The translations under genes and the position numbers were made by a program. From positions 134,376 through 198,375 of the forward strand of contig JBBIHY010000001.1 of assembly GCA_037446695.1 (NCBI GenBank): 64,000 bases of DNA, written 5' to 3'. The notes below the pieces were generated by a model, which made no database searches, was not told the DNA's origin, and saw only the letters and a program-made list of their open reading frames with translations. This DNA comes from Bacteroidota bacterium (GTDB lineage: Bacteria; Bacteroidota; Bacteroidia; Bacteroidales; PUMT01). This document shows positions 56,836 to 64,000 of the stretch, piece after piece (position 1 is the stretch's first letter; every line of letters begins with the position of its first letter).

Positions 56836-57975
56836 TTATGTAAGATTATAATCCCTGTTTGTGTCAGATTTTTTCTTTTTTTTCTTCTTCTTCTTCTTCT
56901 TCCTGGATTCAGATTCAAAACGGGTAAGGCTCTCATTTTCCAGTGGTGTATAAACCGGGTCGGATGAAACCACATTCCCTGCAGAAACAACAAGCTTTTC
57001 GGGTTTTTTCCCCTTTTTATTCAATTCAATAACCTCCTTTGCTCTTTCAATTGAAAGAGGTACCATGTTAAACTCATCCTGTGATTCAAAGGAATACCAG
57101 ATAATTTTCTTGAAAACATCTGCTTTCTGGTAAAAGGCTTTTCCCTCCAAAGTTTCCAGTGCGATCGACATGTCAGGGAAATCGCTTTTTGCATCGGCGT
57201 AAACATTCACCTCATAGTTGATGCAGCATTTCAGTTTGCTGCATTGACCTGCAAGCTTTTGAGGATTCAGACTTATTTCCTGGATTCTTGCAGCATTGGT
57301 GGTTACCGATTTGAAATTTGTGAGCCACGAATTGCAGCATAATTCGCGCCCGCAGGACCCAATTCCCCCAATTCTACCTGCCTCCTGCCTGGCACCAATC
57401 TGGCGCATTTCAATACGTATTTTGAACTCTTCAGCCAGAAACTTAATCAATTGTCTGAAATCCACCCTCTCTTCGGCAATATAATAGAAGATAGCCCTGG
57501 TTTTATCACCCTGGTATTCCACATCACCGATTTTCATGTTAAGATGGAAAGACTCTGCAATTTCCCTTGCCTTGAGCATGGTGGGGACCTCCAGTTCTAT
57601 GGCCTCCATCCATTTCTCTATATCGGCGGGTTTGGTTTTACGGTAAATGATCTTGAAATCATTTCCGTTAGGATCAACATTGTATTTCCTCATTTGCTCG
57701 TAAACCAAAGGTCCCCGAAGCGATACAACTCCTATGTCGTGTCCCGGACTTGCTTCCACGGCAACTATATCACCCTGCTCAAGCGGAAGTTTGTTCTCAT
57801 TGATATAGAATGCTTTCCTGGTGTTTTTAAAACGAACCTCAACAAACTCCCTCTCCGGAAAAGGTTCGTTGATGCCCGGCATCCAGTTGAATACATTCAA
57901 ACTGGCGCAGGAGCATAATCTTGTTGACTGGCCCTTTTCAGGGTCGATGGTAGAGGGGCAACCCCGGCAAATCAT
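56836..57975 (-). CDS. PSP1-domain RicT/YaaT family Fe-S protein
   Basis: EVRFK, RVDFR, IGARQE, GSCGRELCC, GQCSKLKCC. Confidence 0.9.
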   Translation of the reverse strand: MICRGCPSTIDPEKGQSTRLCSCASLNVFNWMPGINEPFPEREFVEVRFKNTRKAFYINENKLPLEQGDIVAVEASPGHDIGVVSLRGPLVYEQMRKYNVDPNGNDFKIIYRKTKPADIEKWMEAIELEVPTMLKAREIAESFHLNMKIGDVEYQGDKTRAIFYYIAEERVDFRQLIKFLAEEFKIRIEMRQIGARQEAGRIGGIGSCGRELCCNSWLTNFKSVTTNAARIQEISLNPQKLAGQCSKLKCCINYEVNVYADAKSDFPDMSIALETLEGKAFYQKADVFKKIIWYSFESQDEFNMVPLSIERAKEVIELNKKGKKPEKLVVSAGNVVSSDPVYTPLENESLTRFESESRKKKKKKKKKKKSDTNRDYNLT

Positions 57976-58020
57976 TCTGATTGGATTGAAATAATTACTT
58001 CAATGCAAATTTAATTAAAA

Positions 58021-59151
58021 TTAGGGTTTCAGCAATTTGACAATTCTCAGTCCCATGTGGAAAAATACAATTTTTGCATTGGCATTGTATTCAACATGAT
58101 GAAATGCCTGGCTGAACTCAGTTGCAAGCTGGCGGATGTTTCCGGTGTGCACGAATTTTGAAAATTTTTTTGACCACTCCTTTTCTTCCTCATTCAATTG
58201 TACCAGCCCATCCTGCCCGATATTCATCATGTAATTGCTGCGAATAACATTCAGAGCGAAGGCGAGAAAGTGCTTTTGTTTTTCCCTCCCTATACCGGCA
58301 ATCATTTCAACCCAGTCGTTTAATTTTGGAATATCTGTGGCATAGCATATTCTCATCAGGTCAACAAAGGACTTGAAATTATCCCCGCTGTTGTTATTTT
58401 TATTTAAAGCCTCCAGGGCAAGCAGGAAATTTCCCCTAGCATAATCTGCTATGGCTTCAATTTCCTTTTGATTGGTAAGGCCGAATCTCGTGGCAAGAGC
58501 TTCTTTAAGGTCTTTATCAGACAGTTTGGGGATTTTTATCAACTGTGTTCTCGAAAGAATGGTAGGCAATATTTGAGATGTGTCCTGGCTCACGAGCAGA
58601 AAAATGGTTTTATCAGGAGGCTCTTCCAATAGCTTGAGCAGTTTGTTGGCCGCAGGGGTATTCATCTTCTCCGGCATCCAAATGATTATGATTTTGTAAT
58701 CTGCCTCAAAGGGCTTAAGAGAAAGCTTTCGTAGAATTTCTTTGCTTTCGTGAATAGTGATAATACCCTGTTTGTTTTCAATGCCAATCTTTTCATACCA
58801 TTCGGCAAGATTCAAATAAGGATTTTGGAGAACGGCTTCTCTCCAGCTCTGAATAAAATCGTCACTTACCGGCTCTTTATCAACCTTTTTAGTAGTAGCA
58901 ACAGGGTAAACAAAATGGAGGTCGGGATGAGCAAGCTTCTGTATTTTAGTACAGGAAGGACATTCATTACAGGAATCCTTTTCTGACTTTTTCAAACACT
59001 GAATATATCTGGCAAAGGCAATCGCAAGCGAAAGACTGCCTGTACCCTCTGAGGATAACATCATATAGGCATGACTTATTCTTCCCCCGGCAACGGCTTT
59101 AAGTAAGTTATTTTTTATTTCTTCCTGTCCGATAATTTCTCGAAAAAGCAT
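58021..59151 (-). CDS. holB: DNA polymerase III delta' subunit
   Basis: RISHA, CNECPSC, HPDLHF, NKLLKLLEEPP, TILSR. Confidence 0.92.
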   Translation of the reverse strand: MLFREIIGQEEIKNNLLKAVAGGRISHAYMMLSSEGTGSLSLAIAFARYIQCLKKSEKDSCNECPSCTKIQKLAHPDLHFVYPVATTKKVDKEPVSDDFIQSWREAVLQNPYLNLAEWYEKIGIENKQGIITIHESKEILRKLSLKPFEADYKIIIIWMPEKMNTPAANKLLKLLEEPPDKTIFLLVSQDTSQILPTILSRTQLIKIPKLSDKDLKEALATRFGLTNQKEIEAIADYARGNFLLALEALNKNNNSGDNFKSFVDLMRICYATDIPKLNDWVEMIAGIGREKQKHFLAFALNVIRSNYMMNIGQDGLVQLNEEEKEWSKKFSKFVHTGNIRQLATEFSQAFHHVEYNANAKIVFFHMGLRIVKLLKP

Positions 59152-59233
59152 AATTTTACAATTCCTTTAATGCGTGGTCAAAGTTAACCAAATAAAGATT
59201 TTTTCCCTTTTCTTATTTTAAATTACTCCCAAA

Positions 59234-59459
59234 ATGAAACACCCGTGCTTAGAAAAAGACAAACACAATGATAATAAAATCAACAACATGGGTGTTCCCT
59301 GTCTGCCGTCAGGCAGGCATCTGCTCGATAATGAATGTTAAAAGCCAGAAGGTAATGTATTGGTAATTAATAATATAAATATTTTGTACGGATGAAACAC
59401 CCATGTTTAGAAAAACACAAACACAATGATAACAAAATCAGCAACATGGGTGTTCCATC
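59234..59459 (+). repeat. Tandem (1.5-unit) ATGAAACACCC repeat upstream of pgk with a nested 20-bp palindrome at 59298-59317
   Basis: Units start at 59234 and 59392; tail matches the reverse complements of 28071-28140 and 54006-54050. Confidence 0.88.
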
Positions 59460-59483
59460 ATTCCTTTTAAAAATAATTTTGTT

Positions 59484-60680
59484 ATGATGAAAACAATTGA
59501 CAGTTTCAATTTTCAGGGCAAGAAAGCTATTATCAGAGTAGATTTTAATGTTCCTCTGAATGATAAATTCGAAATTACCGACGATAACAGGATAACTGCA
59601 TCGCTTCCAACAATTCGGAAAATTCTTGCCGATGGTGGCAGTGTAATCCTTATGTCACATCTTGGCAGGCCCAAGGGTGGGTATGAACAAAAATTTTCAT
59701 TAAAACACCTTGTTAAGCACCTGTCCGGGCTTCTGAAAAAGGATGTTTTTTTTGCTGAGGACTGCATTGGGGAGCCGGCCATTAAAAAAGCTGCGGCTTT
59801 AAAAAGCGGAGAGGTTCTGCTGCTTGAAAACCTCAGGTTTTACAAGGAGGAAGAAAAAGGTAATAAGGATTTTGCCGGGAAACTGGCCTCACTGGCCGAT
59901 GTTTATGTGAATGACGCTTTTGGAACCGCACACAGGGCGCACGCATCCACAACAATAGTAGCTGAATTTTTCAGTGATGAAAACAAAATGTTCGGATACC
60001 TGATAGCGGGTGAACTTGGAAGTATGGACAAAGTTCTTTATGCAACTGCAAAGCCGTTTACTGCAATTATGGGTGGGGCAAAGGTTTCTGATAAAATACT
60101 CATCATTGAAAACCTCTTGAATAAAGTGGACAACCTCATTATTGGCGGAGGGATGACCTATACTTTTATCAAAGCCAAGGGAGGGAAAATCGGCTCTTCC
60201 CTTGTTGAGGAAGATAAACTGGAATTGGCACTCGAAATAATTAAAAAGGCTGAAAGTAAGAATGTGAAACTTTACCTGCCGGTTGACCATATTGTTGCTG
60301 ATAAATTTTCCAATGATGCTGCTGCAAAACAAGCCGGAATCAATGAAACCGAGGATGGATGGATGGGGCTGGATATTGGTGAAAAAACAATCAGGTTATT
60401 TTCGGAGGTAATTAAAAATTCAAAAACCATTTTGTGGAACGGCCCGATGGGTGTTTTTGAAATGTCCAGTTTTGAAAAAGGTACCAAAAGTATTGCGGTT
60501 GCAATAGCGGATGCTACCTCTGCGGGGGCATTCAGCCTTGTAGGCGGGGGTGACTCGGTTGCGGCAGTGACACAAATGGGACTTTCTCAAAAAGTCAGCT
60601 ATGTGTCCACAGGAGGAGGTGCCATGCTTGAATATATGGAGGGAAAGGAACTACCGGGTATAAAAGCGATTAGAGGGTAA
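59484..60680 (+). CDS. pgk: Phosphoglycerate kinase
   Basis: [47 protein letters not shown]. Confidence 0.98.
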   Translation: MMKTIDSFNFQGKKAIIRVDFNVPLNDKFEITDDNRITASLPTIRKILADGGSVILMSHLGRPKGGYEQKFSLKHLVKHLSGLLKKDVFFAEDCIGEPAIKKAAALKSGEVLLLENLRFYKEEEKGNKDFAGKLASLADVYVNDAFGTAHRAHASTTIVAEFFSDENKMFGYLIAGELGSMDKVLYATAKPFTAIMGGAKVSDKILIIENLLNKVDNLIIGGGMTYTFIKAKGGKIGSSLVEEDKLELALEIIKKAESKNVKLYLPVDHIVADKFSNDAAAKQAGINETEDGWMGLDIGEKTIRLFSEVIKNSKTILWNGPMGVFEMSSFEKGTKSIAVAIADATSAGAFSLVGGGDSVAAVTQMGLSQKVSYVSTGGGAMLEYMEGKELPGIKAIRG

Positions 60681-60683
60681 AAG

Positions 60684-60712
60684 AAAAGCCCCGCCAAAAC
60701 GGCGGGGCTTTT
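60684..60712. terminator. Bidirectional intrinsic terminator after pgk
   Basis: AAAAGCCCCGCC-aaaac-GGCGGGGCTTTT. Confidence 0.9.
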
Positions 60713-61034
60713 ACATAACCAATAACCAAAAACCTAATAACTATTAACCTTCTAAACCCATTCAAAATAAAAATAGAAAACAACTATTTCCTTTACCTGA
60801 ATACTCGTTTTGCTGCCGGACTCACTTGTAAGTCCTGAGTTGGAAACGTAATGAAGCTGAATTTTTTCCATTTTTATTCTTCCTTGTTAATCACACAAAT
60901 TCATTGTCAATTGTAAATCAATAAACGTGCATTTGTGGAAACAAAATTATGACTCATAGGAATTTTTAACAATAATTAGGGATTGATGTATGTGCCTGTT
61001 GTCTGGTGATTTAGGTCACCGTTGGTGACCAAAT

Positions 61035-61067
61035 AAAAAACCCGGATGGAAGTATCACCAGGGTTTT
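61035..61067 (-). terminator. Possible terminator after the cyclase-HD gene
   Basis: Imperfect AAAACCC...GGGTTTT hairpin with T run on the minus strand. Confidence 0.45.
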
Positions 61068-61086
61068 AAAAAAAAGAAGATTTCAG

Positions 61087-62487
61087 CTAATCTTCAACTA
61101 TCAATTCCTTAATTCTTTCGATCTGTTTTTGCTTGTTTACCTCCCTGAGGTTTCTCGCTGTTTGTGTAAAGTATTGATGTCCTGAAATAAATTTGATTTG
61201 AAGCTTGTTCCATTCATTGAATGAACCAATTTTGTTCTGGTGTTTCAGCTCTTCGTAAAGGGTATTGGACACAGGAATAAAATCAACCCGGCCAAGATAA
61301 TCCAGATCAGAATCACACATGATTTTTTCAAGAAGATTCTTCGGTTTAGGTGGCATTTTTGTTGCCATTATCAGTTCGCAAACAGTTTCAACTTGCCGGG
61401 ATGTGTAGTTGTATTTGGGAAGCATTTCCCTGGCAAGGTTTGCTCCTTTTTCCTCATGCTCATCGAAACCAATGGTATGACCGGCATCATGAAACAAAGC
61501 AGCTGTTTTGAGCAACAGAATCTCCTCATCACTTACCCCTTCAGCCCATCCAATGAGTTCAACCTCGGTTACAACATCAATGGTATGTTTTACATTATGA
61601 TAATGCAGGTATTCAGGTAATTCCTTTTCTAAAATATCGAGTATAATTTCCTGTATGTCAACAAATTGGATAAGACCAAACTTGGTATTAAACAAAGCAT
61701 TGGGAGCCAGCCCCAGGTTATCGGTAGATAATTCAGGCTTGATACCCTTTACATAAAACATTCCAAGGTCACCGATGTATTTAACCGGCAGTTTACCTGC
61801 ATATTCACATGCAAAGAACTCCTTAACAAGTTCATAGGTGTTTACAGAAATGTTAATCTCTCCATGCTTACAGACGGAAACCATCCTGCTTGCAATGTTT
61901 ACAGTATCGCCTTTGATGTCGTATGATACCTTTTTTTTTCCGATTGCAGTAGCAGTAACAGGTCCGGTATGAATTCCGATACGCATATCCCAGATTCTGT
62001 GCTTCTCCGATTTCCTTTTAAGATCTTCGAGGTGTTGAATCATTTCGAGAGCGGCTAGGACTACTTCAATGGGGTTGGTGCTGTTTTTTTTGGGAACACC
62101 TCCTGCGCACATATAGGAATCACCAATGGTTTTTATTTTTTCCATCTTGTATTTCTGAACAATGCTGCCAAAATGAAAATATACATTGTCCAGTTCGTCC
62201 ATCATTTCCTGGGAGTTCATGTTCCCCGAAATCTTGTCAAATCCCTGAATATCGGCGAACAGAACAGTCGCCATTTTGAACTTCAGGATCTCGGGTTCCT
62301 TAGCCTGGGCTTCTTCAGAGATTTGTTCAGGCTTCAGTCGGGAAATGATGGACCCATACTTGTCCAGTTTTTTGGAAAGCTTCTCATTTTTATCGCTAAG
62401 GTCTTTCAACTGCTCCGAAAGAAGCTTGTTCTGCCTGACCAGCGTGGATATTCTCTTGATGAATTCTTTTTCTTGCGAGTGATCCAT
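61087..62487 (-). CDS. Class III adenylate cyclase fused to an HD-domain phosphohydrolase, with N-terminal coiled coil
   Basis: LFADIQGF, KIKTIGDSYM, RIGIHTG, YDIKGDTVNIASR; YHNVKHT, ALFHDAGH, DSDLDYLG. Confidence 0.88.
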   Translation of the reverse strand: MDHSQEKEFIKRISTLVRQNKLLSEQLKDLSDKNEKLSKKLDKYGSIISRLKPEQISEEAQAKEPEILKFKMATVLFADIQGFDKISGNMNSQEMMDELDNVYFHFGSIVQKYKMEKIKTIGDSYMCAGGVPKKNSTNPIEVVLAALEMIQHLEDLKRKSEKHRIWDMRIGIHTGPVTATAIGKKKVSYDIKGDTVNIASRMVSVCKHGEINISVNTYELVKEFFACEYAGKLPVKYIGDLGMFYVKGIKPELSTDNLGLAPNALFNTKFGLIQFVDIQEIILDILEKELPEYLHYHNVKHTIDVVTEVELIGWAEGVSDEEILLLKTAALFHDAGHTIGFDEHEEKGANLAREMLPKYNYTSRQVETVCELIMATKMPPKPKNLLEKIMCDSDLDYLGRVDFIPVSNTLYEELKHQNKIGSFNEWNKLQIKFISGHQYFTQTARNLREVNKQKQIERIKELIVED

Positions 62488-62771
62488 GAAATGCAAGTTT
62501 TTCGTAAAAGTATATTTTTTTTATTCTTCAGAAAAAGAATTTCAAAAAGGATTATATTCAGCTTATAAGCAAAACCCTTTATACCATTCACAACAAAGTT
62601 GTAAAACGGAATATTCCGGATTCTGTTTAAACCCGCTGTTCTTTTTTTTAATTCTTACCCTGAAACAACCTGTAAGATGATTTTCTCATGATGTACTTGT
62701 TAATTGGCTGTTGAAAAAGAAATTCAATCCAAGAGCAGTATTTAAATATATTTGCAGAAATTTTGCGGATT

Positions 62772-64000
62772 ATGACAGCTACGTATTCTGAAGATACAAT
62801 AAGAACGCTTGACTGGAAGGAGCATATACGGAAGCGTCCGGGTATGTATATTGGAAAGCTTGGTGACGGGTCATCGATGGATGATGGAATTTATATTCTC
62901 ATAAAGGAAGTACTCGACAATTCGGTGGATGAGTTCATGATGGGTTTTGGAAAGGCAATTGATGTCACCATAAATGAAAAACTTGTATCAATCAGGGATT
63001 ACGGAAGGGGCATACCATTGGGGAAGCTTGAGGATGTGGCATCCAAAATGAATACTGGCGCAAAGTATGATTCCAAAGTTTTTAAGAAATCAGTCGGGCT
63101 GAATGGTGTTGGGATTAAGGCCGTGAATGCACTTTCTTCTCATTTTAAAATACAATCTTTCAGAGAAAACCAGGTAAAGACCATTGAGTTTTCAAAGGGG
63201 GAAATTATTATACAGGAACCGGTGCAGCCCAGTAATCTTCCGGGGGGCACCCTTGTAAACTTTACTCCGGATGATGAGGTGTTCGGTAAATTCCGGTTTA
63301 TTTCGGAGTATATCGAACGATTGTTCAGAAATTATGTATACCTGAATTCAGGCCTGGTCATAAATTTCAATGGACAAAAGTTTTACTCAAAAAACGGCCT
63401 GCTCGATTTGCTGGAGGAAAACATGAGTTCTCCCGGACTTTACCCGATAATTCACCTAAAGGGAGAGGATATCGAGATTGCTCTTACCCACGGAAGTCAA
63501 TACGGAGAGGAATATTACAGTTTTGTGAACGGGCAATTTACCTCGCAGGGAGGTACACACCTTCTTGCATACAAGGAGGCGCTTGTAAGAACTATCAGGG
63601 ATTTTTATAAAAAGGAATTTGATCCATCCGACATCAGGGCATCGATTGTTTCAGCGATTAGCATAAAAGTAGAGGAGCCGGTTTTTGAATCACAAACCAA
63701 GACAAAACTTGGTTCAAAGGATATGGGGCCCCAGGGGCCGGGGGTCAGGAATTTCATTGCTGATTTCCTTCGAAAAAGACTGGATGATTTCCTGCACAAA
63801 AATCCGGAAACAGCTGATATCCTTCTCTCGAAAATCATTGAATCAGAAAAGGAGAGAAAAGCGATTTCCAGTATACAGAAAATTGCAAGGGAGCGTGCAA
63901 AAAAGGTGAGCCTGCACAATAGAAAATTACGTGACTGCAGAATTCATTATAACTCAAACGAGGAAAAACGCCTCGAAACAACCATCTTTATTACCGAAGG
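62772..64000 (+). CDS. parE: DNA topoisomerase IV subunit B (5' part, runs off the window)
   Basis: Not in the ORF track because it is truncated; ATG 62772 gives [28 protein letters not shown]...EVLDNSVDE...DYGRGIP...GLNGVG; TATATTTG promoter at 62747. Confidence 0.92.
   Translation, partial: MTATYSEDTIRTLDWKEHIRKRPGMYIGKLGDGSSMDDGIYILIKEVLDNSVDEFMMGFGKAIDVTINEKLVSIRDYGRGIPLGKLEDVASKMNTGAKYDSKVFKKSVGLNGVGIKAVNALSSHFKIQSFRENQVKTIEFSKGEIIIQEPVQPSNLPGGTLVNFTPDDEVFGKFRFISEYIERLFRNYVYLNSGLVINFNGQKFYSKNGLLDLLEENMSSPGLYPIIHLKGEDIEIALTHGSQYGEEYYSFVNGQFTSQGGTHLLAYKEALVRTIRDFYKKEFDPSDIRASIVSAISIKVEEPVFESQTKTKLGSKDMGPQGPGVRNFIADFLRKRLDDFLHKNPETADILLSKIIESEKERKAISSIQKIARERAKKVSLHNRKLRDCRIHYNSNEEKRLETTIFITE

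Noticed and set aside
56860-56905. Poly-lysine tract at the end of the PSP1/RicT protein
   Set aside because: Mixed AAG/AAA codons and in frame; basic low-complexity tails are common in this family.
59234-59459. Tandem repeat as a possible CRISPR array
   Set aside because: Only 1.5 units of more than 130 bp, near-identical 'spacers', and no cas genes; it belongs to a dispersed repeat family.

Overview
64-kb chromosomal segment of an AT-rich Bacteroidota genome, probably an anaerobic Bacteroidales-type organism (TAnnTTTG promoters, porX, sprE/porW, gldH, Bacteroidota-type parE). It is mostly housekeeping genes (wbpABDE sugar pathway, metG, glnS, gltX, folB, menG, class II nrdJ, ald, tsaE, trmB, holB, pgk, partial parE, tRNA-Cys). 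The strongest candidate for an undescribed system is at 30364-36501: tdh divergent from kbl-acpS-(short-chain AMP-forming ligase)-(stand-alone carrier protein)-(second, divergent kbl). This suggests a carrier-protein-tethered version of glycine/acetate/threonine chemistry. Also notable: a dmsABCD operon whose catalytic subunit has a Tat signal plus lipobox; a ParA plus RHH-like pair; an adenylate cyclase-HD fusion; an unannotated 185-codon pseudogene; and several small repeat families. One repeat family sits at ATGAAA start codons, and two of its copies carry a nested 20-bp palindrome at the same site. All assignments come from motif recognition by eye; no database search was run.
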